Source: a virus
Length of the DNA stretch: 64,000 nt
Reading direction: 5' to 3' (one strand)
Virus record (IMG/VR): IMGVR_UViG_3300031950_000001
Span: 1-64,000 of that record
In this document: positions 18,115 to 28,842 of the stretch, piece by piece
How the letters are laid out: each line of letters opens with the position of its first letter
Position numbering within the stretch: the stretch's first letter is position 1
Translations under genes and position numbers: made by a program
The notes under the pieces: generated by a model
What the model was told of the DNA's origin: nothing
The model's input: the letters and a program-made list of their open reading frames with translations, nothing else
Databases searched by the model: none

Positions 18115-18459
18115 TCACTCCTTCTTCTTTTTGGGGATACGGATACGCCTTAAAACGGGACTACCTCTTTCGTTATTATATCGTACTGCAATCTCATCGG
18201 CTCCTAGTTCCTGTCCTATTTTGACCAAAATCTCATCCTTCCATTCCGTTCCTATCCGGTGCATGACGTCATTCCAAAACTTATTTGCAGCCAAAGCGTC
18301 ATCCTGGGTCAAGCATTTCGTATATGCCACTCCAGGAGCATAGCCAATCAGATCAGCCAACTGTTTATCATATTGCCGAAGCTTACGCTTTGGCATCGAG
18401 ATAAGGATGGCAGGTGTTAGCAGCACAGATCGTGGCATCGTCTTGGGTTCCCGTTTCAT
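18115..18459 (-). CDS. Hypothetical protein
   Basis: 114-aa ORF with a basic C-terminus. Confidence 0.65.
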   Translation of the reverse strand: MKREPKTMPRSVLLTPAILISMPKRKLRQYDKQLADLIGYAPGVAYTKCLTQDDALAANKFWNDVMHRIGTEWKDEILVKIGQELGADEIAVRYNNERGSPVLRRIRIPKKKKE

Positions 18460-18788
18460 ACCCTTTTATTCCACAAAACGTCCCTTTCGTACGTATGTAC
18501 GATCAATTATAATACATCTTAGATAGCGTCGCATGTTTATTCTCGCGTAATCCGGATAAGTGATTCTAACATAAAAGCCCTACACCCCAATATCCCCGTT
18601 TTTGATTCCGGAGTCAAATTGTGCGCGTATTACGGATTTGTCGATTCGTATGAAATTTGATTCCGGAATCAAATTTTTGTACGACGAATACTCCTTATAA
18701 ACTCATAAAACAGAGCATACCGAGACAGTTAAAGGCGCTTTGTCTCCCTTTTTTGTCGCGTGATATTTTTGCTTGTTGGGATCGAGGG

Positions 18789-19301
18789 ATGTCTCCTTCA
18801 TTTCTACATTATTTGAAATCTATGCCTTACCGGCCTGGCGCACTTTCCAATCTCATTCCCGAGGGGCAGATCGTGCTACGGCCTCTCCTGTTTCACGGAG
18901 ACCTGATCGGGATTTTGGAGGTATATCACGAGTGCTTTGGACGGCTTCCGCCGATTATGCCCATGCGGCGGGCGCTTCTGAAACATAGGTGGCTCTTGGC
19001 CTGTGTTTCTCATAACCATGAGCTTAAAATTATAGGGTTCATGATTTTTGCGGTTCGACGGCGCCGCAAGCAGGTGCATGTTTTACGGATTGCCGTTACG
19101 AAGCAGTTTCGTCGGCACGGAATTGCGTCCCAGATGCTACAGGACCTAATAGCCCACGCCAAGGGCTATTCCATATATGCCAAAGTGCCAGAAAAGAACC
19201 TTGCTGCCCTTGAGCTTTTTAAGAAGCTTGGATTCAATTCCCGTCTTATTCGTTGTCCGGAGAAAGATCAAGATACGATCCTTTTCTTCCGTCACGGGTA
19301 A
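18789..19301 (+). CDS. GNAT family N-acetyltransferase (RimI-like)
   Basis: IIGFMI...HVLRIAVTKQFRRHGIASQML and NLAALELFKKLGF acetyl-CoA motifs; start uncertain. Confidence 0.85.
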   Translation: MSPSFLHYLKSMPYRPGALSNLIPEGQIVLRPLLFHGDLIGILEVYHECFGRLPPIMPMRRALLKHRWLLACVSHNHELKIIGFMIFAVRRRRKQVHVLRIAVTKQFRRHGIASQMLQDLIAHAKGYSIYAKVPEKNLAALELFKKLGFNSRLIRCPEKDQDTILFFRHG

Positions 19302-19312
19302 GGGGTGTTAAA

Positions 19313-19780
19313 ATGGGTAAGATTTATAAGTATAAAACGGTAGAGTTTTGGCCTGAGCGTGGAAGGATTATGGTTATTGACACCGAGAAGGCTGCCGAGG
19401 CCAAGGACGAGCTCTGGACCTACATAACAAGCGTCGATCCCGTAGAGTTTTACAAACGGGCAATCGCTATTTATGTCATGTGCGAAGACACACCACTTGA
19501 TCGTCAGCAAGCAAGTCGGCTTTTAGAGGACGCCAGGGAAGCGTGCATTACGGCCTTACGTCAGGATGAGAATCGTCCTAAACTATTAGAGATGCGCAAG
19601 CGTGCCATGATGGCGTGGCGTCAGGAGCGTGAAAACGAGCGTCGTCAACTCATTCTTCCACCGGGAGCAGAGGTCGCACAGCAATGGACGTTCAAAAAAG
19701 AATCTCCAAAGAAAATCCTTGTCAGCGGATACGAAATTATTCCAAAAGAGCCGCCGCCGAAAAACGAGCCCGCGCAGTAA
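19313..19780 (+). CDS. Hypothetical phage protein
   Basis: Start MGKIYK; part of a tightly packed operon. Confidence 0.7.
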   Translation: MGKIYKYKTVEFWPERGRIMVIDTEKAAEAKDELWTYITSVDPVEFYKRAIAIYVMCEDTPLDRQQASRLLEDAREACITALRQDENRPKLLEMRKRAMMAWRQERENERRQLILPPGAEVAQQWTFKKESPKKILVSGYEIIPKEPPPKNEPAQ

Positions 19781-19800
19781 AAGGCAATCAGACCGGCAAT

Positions 19801-20097
19801 ATGAATGCTGACCCGTCGATGATGCAGAAAGAGGCCGGTTTCTGGGATTTTCTTGCGTGGGGCACTAAAACGGGATTTTTCTATGTTCTTGTGCCGGCTC
19901 TTTTTGGCATGGGGTTCACAAGCGCGTATCTATTACTCGATGGCACGAAGCGTCTTACATCGGGGTTCGCAAAATCTTCGGATGCGTGGGCAAGAGACAT
20001 GACGATTAAAAGCATCTGCGATGAACTTGGCGAAGAGTTCGAGTTTGCGGCGCGTCAGGCCGAAGAAGAGAAAAAGAAACGTCAAAGCCACTCTTAA
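19801..20097 (+). CDS. Putative virion membrane-type protein with K-x-A leader
   Basis: MNADPSMMQKEA|GFWDF followed by a hydrophobic segment. Confidence 0.6.
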   Translation: MNADPSMMQKEAGFWDFLAWGTKTGFFYVLVPALFGMGFTSAYLLLDGTKRLTSGFAKSSDAWARDMTIKSICDELGEEFEFAARQAEEEKKKRQSHS

Positions 20098-20103
20098 TGT
20101 TCC

Positions 20104-20505
20104 ATGTCGAATATCAACCCCATGTTTTCGGGTCAGCGTCCCGCCGCAATCATGAAATATTGCGGCGAGCAAGACCCGCGTCATAAAGGCTTTCTTGTGT
20201 GGACGTACATGCCGTTCGGGCTTCCTCTCCGATTAAAAACCGGTCAACCGATTCCCAAGCTTGAGTCTGAAGAACTCTTTCAATTTAGTACGATTGTTGT
20301 CGACTGGTGGCATGATCTCTTCGATATGTCCAAGGAGTCCGACCGTCAAGCCTATCAATGGGTACAAGACCGTATTGCCAACGGATGGTTCGTGCAGGTC
20401 TTCGTTGAACGGAAATGGAGTGACGAAACGAAGAATTACCACATTTACCTCGAATGGGTCCAACTTTATTCGGAGCTAACAAAAGATGTCTCGCAATTCG
20501 TCTAA
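20104..20505 (+). CDS. Hypothetical phage protein
   Basis: 133-aa Trp-rich ORF in the operon. Confidence 0.7.
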   Translation: MSNINPMFSGQRPAAIMKYCGEQDPRHKGFLVWTYMPFGLPLRLKTGQPIPKLESEELFQFSTIVVDWWHDLFDMSKESDRQAYQWVQDRIANGWFVQVFVERKWSDETKNYHIYLEWVQLYSELTKDVSQFV

Positions 20506-21571
20506 CAAAAATTTGATTCCGGAATCAAATTCTAGGTTCGTTTACGTCGAAGTCCCGAGAGCCGAACTTGAGAATGCGGTTCGTGATATTATCCGCTTTG
20601 CCCTAGAGAAAGCCGCCCAAACCCCTCCAGCGGCCCAGTCTCCTGCAGAAGCAATGGGCGTGTCTGAGGGAAGTCTTTTCTTTGGGACAACGGCTTGGCT
20701 CGTTCTTTTGGGAGCTATGTCGCTTTCGGCGATAGGAAGTGTGATTACGGCCGCCAAACTACGAAATAGAATCGCCAATGCTATTGATAGAGTCCGACAG
20801 CAGCGGCGTTATGGCGGTATTCCTAAAGAGGAATGGATCCGGTTGCACAAGGAAATTCGCTTTCCCGAAATTAAAGAAGGTCAAGAAAAGGTTAACATTC
20901 CTCTTCCTGTTCAATTCACCGCCCAAACTGCGGATATCGTTGCTGGGTTTATTCCAAGCACGACGCTTCAATATGCTGCCGCCGCGACTGTGTTATCGTT
21001 AATGTATTGGGTTGGATGCTGGGCTGGTGGCTTAATTGGTGATTTAGTGGCCAATAAGAATCTCACGAAAGATATTTCCGGCGAAGTTGCCGAATCCAAA
21101 CGAAAAATGCTCAATTCTCTGAAACGGTTAATTAAAGCCAAAATCCCGGAACCGTTCTCGCGAGCCGTTTCTGTCGATAATCCTACAGGGCTTCAGCTTG
21201 TCAAACAGGGCGCATTTGAAAAGACAGCTTTAATTAGTGAACTGGCGGAGTTTCTCACAAAAGTGCCTCCAATCATCTATGGAGCGCTATACCTTGTTGG
21301 TTTCCTCGCCGGAACGGTAACATATCCCTCGCTCGAAAAAGCCCATTCCGCATCCCCAGATCCCGAACAAGCAGCCGTTGCCAAAGCCCTAAGTATTCTT
21401 TCGGGATCATCTTATCCTGTTGAACTCGATCCGGCAGAAATCAAAGAAATCTTTAAGTACCAGCAGCCTGAGAAAGAAGTTGGGCGTTCTGCAATTCCTA
21501 TGGGGCTTGCAAAAGTGGCTCCGGAAAGCGATAAAAAACGTCAACGGCCTGGAATTAGCCTAATGTATTAA
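20486..21571 (+). CDS. Putative virion protein with hydrophobic helices and K-x-A sites
   Basis: EKAA and EKTA sites; three hydrophobic segments. Start uncertain because the frame reads through a palindrome copy. Confidence 0.65.
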   Translation: MSRNSSNKNLIPESNSRFVYVEVPRAELENAVRDIIRFALEKAAQTPPAAQSPAEAMGVSEGSLFFGTTAWLVLLGAMSLSAIGSVITAAKLRNRIANAIDRVRQQRRYGGIPKEEWIRLHKEIRFPEIKEGQEKVNIPLPVQFTAQTADIVAGFIPSTTLQYAAAATVLSLMYWVGCWAGGLIGDLVANKNLTKDISGEVAESKRKMLNSLKRLIKAKIPEPFSRAVSVDNPTGLQLVKQGAFEKTALISELAEFLTKVPPIIYGALYLVGFLAGTVTYPSLEKAHSASPDPEQAAVAKALSILSGSSYPVELDPAEIKEIFKYQQPEKEVGRSAIPMGLAKVAPESDKKRQRPGISLMY

Positions 21572-21573
21572 TC

Positions 21574-24500
21574 ATGACAACGCCCGAACTTATCGACATA
21601 AGCGACGTTAAGACCATACGCCAGAGGATCTTCGACTCTGTGCGTAACGCGTTTTTATCAACTCCGGCTTATACGCAAGGGCCGTGGTCTATTGAAATCT
21701 CGGACGTCGACTATAAAGACTCGGAACCCGAAGAGGAGCTTCTTAGTCCTTTTTCACACAAAAAGGCTATCGTAACAAACGCAACCCTTGCTAGGGACCT
21801 TTACGGAACCATCAAGATCACGACTCCCGACGGCGTTATCAAAAAACGTACCCTTCTTGCCAAGGTTCCCTATCTTACCGACCGGGGCGTCTTTATTATT
21901 AATGGCGTTGAATACGCCATTACAAACCAGCAGCGCTTAAAGCCGGGTGTTTACGTACGGTTCCGTCAAACTGGGGAGCCTGAGGCTTTCATTAACCTTC
22001 CTGGGCATAAGACCCACCGCTACGTCCTTGATCCCAGAACGGGTATTTTCTACATTCAAGCCGGACAAGCCACATTCCGTCTTTATCCCATTCTTAAGGC
22101 GATGGGCGTTACCGACGAGGAAATACGTAACGCCTGGGGTGCTGACCTCTTTGCGCGCAATGCCGTCGAAAAATCAGACGACCTTCGGCGATTTGCAACA
22201 AGAATGTTCGGCTCTCCCGACGTCGATATTAGCCGAGAATTTACCCAAGTCCCGGTCGCAGCCGATGTGATGCGGCGTAATCTCGGTCTGATTCAAAACT
22301 ACCTTGATAAGCGCGCTGCGCTGGCCTCAACCGTCAAGATGATTCAGCTATTGCAAGGCCAAGCCAAAGAAGATGACCGGGACTCGATTGCCAATCAGCA
22401 GTTCCTGGGACCAGAGGATATCTTTGCCGACGGCGTGCCTATGAAAATGCGCCTTATTTTGCGCAATATCCTCTGGAAGGCCATGCGCAATCCCAAAAAA
22501 GAAATCATTCCCCCTCGACCGGCCCAGGCAATTATCGATCATGTTATCCGCGCCTCGGGTCTTATGTCGGCTCCTGCGGAGATCAACCCCGTCGAAATCT
22601 TGGACCACCTTTTCAAAGTAACCCGAATGGGGGAGGGCGGTATCGGTGCTACGGAAGCAATTCCATATTCGGCACGCGACGTCCATGCTACGCAATTCGG
22701 CTTTATCGATCCTGTTACTACGCCCGAATCCCTAAGAGTGGGGGTAGATACGCGGTTTACCGTTACTGCCAAGCGTGGTGCCGACGGTCTCCTCTATATT
22801 CCTGCCGTCGATGTAAAGACCGGAAAGAAGACCTGGCTAAACTCCGAGCAAACCGAAGACGTTACGATTGCCTTCCCAGGAGAACTTGAGACGGGCAGGA
22901 AGTTTGTTCGAGCCATTCATAAAGGCTCCGAAGCCATTGTTCCGCGCGATCAAGTAACGCATTATATTAAGGACGCTACGCACATCTTTGGTCCTTTGGC
23001 GTCCTTAATCCCTATGAAAAGCGCTTGCTTCCCGCAACGGGTTGCCATGGGAAGCCGTTTTATTACGCAAGCGCTTCCTCTTATTAATAGAGAAGTCCCC
23101 CTCGTTCAGTCCGTCGATGCTGAAGGCACACCTTTCGTTGCCAAATTTGGTCCGTATGCCGGTGCTGTTAAAAGCCCGTGCAAAGGAGTTGTGAGAAAGG
23201 TTACGCCCGACTTTATCGAAGTTTATGATTCTGACGCTAAAAAGACACGTAAGATTTGGATTCACAACAACACGCCCTATGCCCGGCAAACCGCCCTTTA
23301 TAACGAGCCTTTAGTAAAACCCGGCGATGTCATAAAACCGGGTCAACTATTGGCTTATAGCAATTTCACGGATCAAAACGGCAACCTTGCCATGGGCGTA
23401 AACGCCAAGATTGCCTATATGGCGACAGGCGATACGTATGAAGACGCCTTTGTCATCTCCGAATCCTTTGCCAAACGACTCACGGCTGAGAACCTATTCG
23501 TCTACGAACATAAACCCAGCGAAGGTTCTGGAAAACCCTTCTATGTCTCCCTTTTCCCCAATAAACTTACTTCCGAGGCCCTAGAACGATACACGGAAGA
23601 AGGGGTTGCCAAGCCTGGTACTGTTTTGTCAAAGGGCGATCCCATCGTTCTTAGCGTCAAAATGCTTCCCATTACAACCGCCAGGGCGTCCCATCGTATG
23701 TTTGTGGATGATAGCATCACATGGGATTATGACTCGCCTGGTATCGTGATTGCAGCAGGTAAGACCAAGGATGGTTATATCGCTATGGTAAAGTCCTTGT
23801 TTGAGACCCAACAAGGGGATAAGATCGCAGGCCAATATGGCAATAAAGGCGTTGTCATCATAAAGCCCGATAGCCAGATGCCGATCGGCGAAGACGGTAA
23901 GCCGGTCGATATCGTCGCGTCGCCGTTTATTATCTCTCGAGCCAATATTGGCCAAATCTACGAAGCACTCTTAGGTAAGGTTGCCAAAAAGCTGGGGCGG
24001 CCTATTTATGTCAAGGACTTCGAGAACGCCGACAAATTGCATCAGTACGTTACGGAGATGCTCAAAAAGCACGGGGTAAAGGATACCGAAGTCCTTACCG
24101 ATCCTGCTACCGGCAGGAAAATCCGGGCGCTTACCGGTTACGGCTACATCCTTCGGCTCTGCCATATTGCCGAAGATAAGCTTCAGGCCGTTGATGAAGC
24201 CATTGCGTCCAGCGTTGAAGATATTCCAACGGTAGGGGAAACAGGTAAAGCAAAACGACTCGGTCTATTAGAGCTTAATGCTCTATTGGCGCATGGCGCA
24301 TATGACACCATTACCGATGCCGCGCTCATCCGAGGACAGGCCAACGATGAAGCATGGCGCCAGTTTATGACTGGCTATAACCTTCCGCAGCCTAAAGTAC
24401 CCCACATTTGGCATAAGTTCGTAGCCCTATTAAGAGGGGCAGGCATTAATCCTATTCAAGAGCGGTCTGGAATTAGGCTTCTGGCGCTACGGGATAAGGA

Positions 24501-25935
24501 TATTGATACCCTGGCTGGTAAGCGCTATATCCAGAACTCCGAAACGGTTCGCGTCTTTAGCGACGGATTCCGGACGGTTCAAGGTGGGCTTTTCGATGAT
24601 GGGCTTACAGGCGGGCTAGCCGGAACGCGATGGGCGGCTATTAAACTACCGGAGCCTGTTCCCAATCCCGTTATGCTGGAACTGTTAGGGCGGCTCATCG
24701 GGGTTAGCGAAAAAGACTTTATTAGCATGTGGGCAGGAGAAATCCCTATCCCAGAGCGCTACCGGACCGGCAAAGAGCCTATCACTGGTCCCCAAGCCGT
24801 CCTTAATCTATTTAAAAACTATAACGTCAGCCGCGAAATTGAACGAACGAAAGAAGAGCTCCAAGTTGCGGCTCCGTCAAAACGCGCTTCGCTTATCAAA
24901 AAGCTCAATTACCTAGAAGGACTCAAGAAGTTTGGTATTCATCCTTCGGAGCTCTTCTGGACCAAGGTCCCGGTTACCCCGCCCATCTTCCGTCCTATTT
25001 CGATGATTAAGGACGGTACCCTTATCGTTAATGATGCCAACTATCTCTATAAAGAGCTCCTGGATTTCATTTCGGCTTATAGCGAGATTGCAGGAGAACT
25101 CAGCCAACTGACCGATGAGCGGAAAACACTTATTAATATATTAAGAGGTCTAGCCGGTCTTGATGATCCCCATAACTACGCTCTCAAACGACAAGGGATT
25201 AAAGGACTGCTGGCTACGGTTGTCGGCCCTAGTCCCAAGGCCGGCATCATGCAGCGTAAGATGCTGGGTATCAGCGCTACGCTAGCCGGTCGGGCGGTTA
25301 TTACGCCGAATAGCTCATTAGACATTGATGAGATCGGGTTGCCCGAAGACGCGGCTTGGGTGGCGTATAAGCCGTTTATCATTCGCGACCTGATGCGTCG
25401 AGGACTACCCGATAGCGTTCTTCGGAATGTTCCGCCGGCTCTTCGGCAATCTCCCTTCCTTGTGGCCAATCTGCTTGTCAAGGAAAAGCATCCATATGCC
25501 CGAGAATCCCTCCAACGGGTTATTGAGCAACGCCCGGTTGTCGTAAACCGTGCGCCTGTGCTGCATAAATACGGGATTATGGCGTTTAAGCCCGTACTTA
25601 CGCAAGGAAAGACCATTGAGATAAGCCCGCTTATTACTCAAGCTTTTGGGGCGGACTTTGACGGGGATACAATGCAATTCCATGTTCCGGCGTCAGACGA
25701 TGCCGTAAAAGAAGCATTTACGAAGCTACTACCGTCAAAGAACCTCTTTAAGGCAGCAACCCTGACGGAGCCGGTTTATACCCCTCAACAGGACTATCTC
25801 ATTGGTCTTTGGTATGCGCGCCGCGTCGATAAAAATAAACCGGTTAAGGTATTTTCGACGAAGCAAGACGCACTCGCTGCATTTGCAAGGGGCGAAGTCG
25901 CTATCGATCAGCCGATCAAGATTCTCGAAAGCTAA
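21574..25935 (+). CDS. Phage multisubunit RNA polymerase: beta subunit fused to the N-terminal half of beta' (catalytic DFDGD)
   Basis: RpoB-like motifs GVFIING, RDVH..QFG.IDP.TTPE, YEDAFVISE, GDKIAG.YGNKG, GLLELNALLAHGA. RpoC-like motifs VPVTPP.FRP, GRAVI, NRAPVLH, GADFDGD. Confidence 0.95.
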   Translation: MTTPELIDISDVKTIRQRIFDSVRNAFLSTPAYTQGPWSIEISDVDYKDSEPEEELLSPFSHKKAIVTNATLARDLYGTIKITTPDGVIKKRTLLAKVPYLTDRGVFIINGVEYAITNQQRLKPGVYVRFRQTGEPEAFINLPGHKTHRYVLDPRTGIFYIQAGQATFRLYPILKAMGVTDEEIRNAWGADLFARNAVEKSDDLRRFATRMFGSPDVDISREFTQVPVAADVMRRNLGLIQNYLDKRAALASTVKMIQLLQGQAKEDDRDSIANQQFLGPEDIFADGVPMKMRLILRNILWKAMRNPKKEIIPPRPAQAIIDHVIRASGLMSAPAEINPVEILDHLFKVTRMGEGGIGATEAIPYSARDVHATQFGFIDPVTTPESLRVGVDTRFTVTAKRGADGLLYIPAVDVKTGKKTWLNSEQTEDVTIAFPGELETGRKFVRAIHKGSEAIVPRDQVTHYIKDATHIFGPLASLIPMKSACFPQRVAMGSRFITQALPLINREVPLVQSVDAEGTPFVAKFGPYAGAVKSPCKGVVRKVTPDFIEVYDSDAKKTRKIWIHNNTPYARQTALYNEPLVKPGDVIKPGQLLAYSNFTDQNGNLAMGVNAKIAYMATGDTYEDAFVISESFAKRLTAENLFVYEHKPSEGSGKPFYVSLFPNKLTSEALERYTEEGVAKPGTVLSKGDPIVLSVKMLPITTARASHRMFVDDSITWDYDSPGIVIAAGKTKDGYIAMVKSLFETQQGDKIAGQYGNKGVVIIKPDSQMPIGEDGKPVDIVASPFIISRANIGQIYEALLGKVAKKLGRPIYVKDFENADKLHQYVTEMLKKHGVKDTEVLTDPATGRKIRALTGYGYILRLCHIAEDKLQAVDEAIASSVEDIPTVGETGKAKRLGLLELNALLAHGAYDTITDAALIRGQANDEAWRQFMTGYNLPQPKVPHIWHKFVALLRGAGINPIQERSGIRLLALRDKDIDTLAGKRYIQNSETVRVFSDGFRTVQGGLFDDGLTGGLAGTRWAAIKLPEPVPNPVMLELLGRLIGVSEKDFISMWAGEIPIPERYRTGKEPITGPQAVLNLFKNYNVSREIERTKEELQVAAPSKRASLIKKLNYLEGLKKFGIHPSELFWTKVPVTPPIFRPISMIKDGTLIVNDANYLYKELLDFISAYSEIAGELSQLTDERKTLINILRGLAGLDDPHNYALKRQGIKGLLATVVGPSPKAGIMQRKMLGISATLAGRAVITPNSSLDIDEIGLPEDAAWVAYKPFIIRDLMRRGLPDSVLRNVPPALRQSPFLVANLLVKEKHPYARESLQRVIEQRPVVVNRAPVLHKYGIMAFKPVLTQGKTIEISPLITQAFGADFDGDTMQFHVPASDDAVKEAFTKLLPSKNLFKAATLTEPVYTPQQDYLIGLWYARRVDKNKPVKVFSTKQDALAAFARGEVAIDQPIKILES

Positions 25936-26075
25936 CGAAAAATTTGATTCCGGAATCAAATTTTTGTGTATTCTCGTCCTTCGTGTATTAGCGTGGTGCT
26001 CTCCGGTATTGTTGGTCGATCTGTTAAAATAGAAGAATGATAGACGTAGAGTCTTTAGGCGATTAGGGAAGACCG

Positions 26076-26273
26076 ATGTTGATATACGACTTTAAAAGCG
26101 GGAAGATGGTAAAGTTTGCAATGCCGGACTTGACGATGCGGCAGTTGCGCGCGCTACAGAGGCATGCGACGCGTGCATTAAAACGCATTGCACTTGCGAC
26201 CACAGTCGATATGTTCCTTGCAAGGAGCCGTCGTCGAAAAGGTTCGTCTTCGCTGCGACGGCGTGGTCTGTAA
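26076..26273 (+). CDS. Leader family L1 protein (short, basic)
   Basis: MLIYDFKSGKMVKFA|MPD. Confidence 0.7.
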   Translation: MLIYDFKSGKMVKFAMPDLTMRQLRALQRHATRALKRIALATTVDMFLARSRRRKGSSSLRRRGL

Positions 26274-26290
26274 AACCGCGAAAAAGAACG

Positions 26291-26536
26291 ATGCTAATCT
26301 ATAACTTTCAAAATAACAAGATGGAAAAGGTTGCGATGCCGGACTGGCTGCGTAATACGCTATCGGTGTTTGGGAGAATCGCAGGCCGCGTATTACGCAA
26401 AATTGCCATTGGGGTTGCGATTGCGGTGTTATTAGGAAAAGATCATCATCATACTAGGATTGGCCTGCCTAGTGTCAACAAACTGCCGTCAACCAGCCGA
26501 TTGTTTCGAACGAAAACGATACGTCTTCCTAAATAA
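26291..26536 (+). CDS. Leader family L1 protein
   Basis: MLIYNFQNNKMEKVA|MPDW. Confidence 0.7.
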   Translation: MLIYNFQNNKMEKVAMPDWLRNTLSVFGRIAGRVLRKIAIGVAIAVLLGKDHHHTRIGLPSVNKLPSTSRLFRTKTIRLPK

Positions 26537-26616
26537 TAGTTGCTGAAAACGCATCCTTCTATGCCTGCGACGACACAGAAGGATGTGATAAACCGAGAGC
26601 CGGAGAGATAAAAACG

Positions 26617-27255
26617 ATGCTAATCCATGATTTTCAAAAACAAGGTCAGACGGTGAAGGTTGAGATGCCTGAATGGTTAGAGGATGCGGTATATGCGCTC
26701 GGAGCACTGGCGATCGGCGGCAGCCTTGGAGGTTATCACGGGGCGGCCCTAGGATCCGCAGCGAGCGTAATCGCCAGCCTCCGTCGCACGCTCAGACGCG
26801 AACTGGCTAAGGATAATGAAAAAGATGAAAAAGACGAAAACGCGACCGAATCGAAGGAAGAGAGTCGCGCTACTCGTCCGTCTGGCAAACTCGAGAAGTC
26901 GGCGATGCCTCTTTGGCTGCGGGATGTACTATCGATAGTCGGAGCGACGATACTTGGCAGCCTTGGTGGAGGTGCTGCCGGGGCGGCACTCGATTCAGCG
27001 CTGGGCGCGGAAGCGCCGGATTTGACGGCTTTACTTGGTGGTCTAGGCGCTGGAGTCGGGTATACAACGGGTATCACGAGCAGATTGCGTCGAGAGGTTC
27101 GCAACGCGCTCAGGGAGGCACGAGAGCAAGGTAAAAGAAAAACCGAACGCTCGAATGTAGATCGTTCGACTTCTCGGAAGACGGACGAAGACGAAGATGA
27201 GGAAGCCGAAATATCGCTTAAAGGCTTGGCTGACGAACTGAAAAAATATGATTAG
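26617..27255 (+). CDS. Leader family L1 protein with two tandem Gly-zipper modules
   Basis: MLIHDFQKQGQTVKVE|MPEWL and an internal GKLEKSA|MPLWL. Confidence 0.75.
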   Translation: MLIHDFQKQGQTVKVEMPEWLEDAVYALGALAIGGSLGGYHGAALGSAASVIASLRRTLRRELAKDNEKDEKDENATESKEESRATRPSGKLEKSAMPLWLRDVLSIVGATILGSLGGGAAGAALDSALGAEAPDLTALLGGLGAGVGYTTGITSRLRREVRNALREAREQGKRKTERSNVDRSTSRKTDEDEDEEAEISLKGLADELKKYD

Positions 27256-27331
27256 CCAAGTTCCAAATTCAAGAAAAAAATGGAAGTGATTTCCGCTCGG
27301 CAAGCAAGTTTTTTTCGATGAAAGGGGACCT

Positions 27332-28081
27332 TTGATGGCAGACTATGACGTTAATGACATTGCGCGTACGATTATCGCGATGTATCTATCCGACGTGGTA
27401 AAGTCGGACATGGAGAAGAAGGGTTTTGTTCCGGTTAAGGCTGGGCAAGACCCGATGGCGGCATTGATGGGAGGTGGTATGCCTCCTGGCGGAGCTCCGC
27501 CCGGAATGCCGCCTGGTGCTCCTATGGGTGGGCCTCCTGGAGCGCCTCCAATGGGTATGCCGGGTATGGGAGCACCGCCTGGTATGCCACCTGATATGGG
27601 TGGAATGGGCGCTCCTCCTGGCGGCGGCGATCTGGGCGGGCTCATGAGCCTTTTAGGCGGTATGCCACCGCCTCCTCCGCCTTCTGGTACCGAGGAAAAA
27701 ACGAAAGAAGAAGAAACGCCTCCCGAAGGAGAAAAGGGGTTCGGCGAGACTACAGGAAAAGGGGAAGTTACCCCTACCGTCCTATATGCGGAGCTTGTCA
27801 AAGTCAGGAAGCTGTTACTGGGTCTGTATGACAAGTTTAATATTAGTGTGCCTACCGATGCTCTGTCGGACGAGGAAGTTTATCTGGGGAAACCTAATAT
27901 TAAAGAGGAAGTAAGACAATCTCCGAAAGAGCGTGAGCAGACAACACCCGAGATTAGGCCGTTGCCGGAGGGGCCGACGGGGGAACTTGGGCCTACGGGT
28001 GCTGTTCCGCCCGAAACGATCCCACCAGCGCCTACGGTACCACCTGAGGTCAAGAACGCCCTTTTGCAATATCGTAGATAA
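27332..28081 (+). CDS. Gly/Pro/Met-rich putative head protein
   Basis: EKKG|FVP followed by GGMPPG low-complexity repeats. Confidence 0.7.
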   Translation: MMADYDVNDIARTIIAMYLSDVVKSDMEKKGFVPVKAGQDPMAALMGGGMPPGGAPPGMPPGAPMGGPPGAPPMGMPGMGAPPGMPPDMGGMGAPPGGGDLGGLMSLLGGMPPPPPPSGTEEKTKEEETPPEGEKGFGETTGKGEVTPTVLYAELVKVRKLLLGLYDKFNISVPTDALSDEEVYLGKPNIKEEVRQSPKEREQTTPEIRPLPEGPTGELGPTGAVPPETIPPAPTVPPEVKNALLQYRR

Positions 28082-28134
28082 AAAAAGAGACAAGGAGATT
28101 TTAAATTCTAGGAGAAAAAAAAGGAGTATTCGAC

Positions 28135-28722
28135 ATGATCTATACGTACCCTTATACTAGCAAAGTCGCTGGCCAAGATCCAGGAAGTGCTAGCGATGCT
28201 GGTCCAGAGCCAAAGCCAGTACCCGCCGTGCCAGCGCCAGGCCCCACCGGGCCGGCAGCAGCTACTAGCCAGCCACCTGCCGGTCCAGGGCCGGCGTCAG
28301 TTCAGCAAGGCCCCACCGGGCCGGCAGCTACTGACCGGCCGGCTACCAATACAGTGCCAGCCGCAGGTGCGACAGACTCCGCCAGGCAAGCAGCAGGTCA
28401 GACAGGTGCCGAGCAACCGATATTCGACCCTGTGACACTTAACGAGATTGCCGGGTACGCAACACTTCCTATACTTCTTGCGCTGATATCTGCCTTTTTG
28501 ACAGATAAGCCTGCCATTCCGCTTGCCTTAGCCTTAGCTGGACTGGGCGCTGCGTATTATAGCCCGTGGGTAAAGGAAAATATTAATGTAATGAGATTGG
28601 CTGAGGCGCTATTTGGTGGCAATACGTCAAACGTGGATACGGAAGATGGCGCAAAAAATAATGCACCACCAAACACTACCCCGGCGACAAACGATTCAGG
28701 AACGTCTGCACAAGGCGGCTAG
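28135..28722 (+). CDS. Family L2-related protein (shared C-terminal hydrophobic hairpin)
   Basis: MIYTYPYTSKVA|G; GYATLPILLALISAFLTDKP..LAGLG is shared with 28843 and 30574. Confidence 0.75.
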   Translation: MIYTYPYTSKVAGQDPGSASDAGPEPKPVPAVPAPGPTGPAAATSQPPAGPGPASVQQGPTGPAATDRPATNTVPAAGATDSARQAAGQTGAEQPIFDPVTLNEIAGYATLPILLALISAFLTDKPAIPLALALAGLGAAYYSPWVKENINVMRLAEALFGGNTSNVDTEDGAKNNAPPNTTPATNDSGTSAQGG

Positions 28723-28842
28723 CCTGATACGACATCTTGATTCCAGAATCAAATTGTGTTTCAGGGCGTTAGTTATTCATAGTCGGGCGTTACAAAAAAA
28801 GATTCGGTGCTAATAACCTAAGCAGAACGAAAGGATCAATAA

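Noticed and set aside
21574-25935. Cellular rpoB/rpoC locus
   Set aside because: The genes are highly divergent, fused and split, lack ribosomal-protein neighbours and are surrounded by phage head genes, so no gene symbol was assigned.
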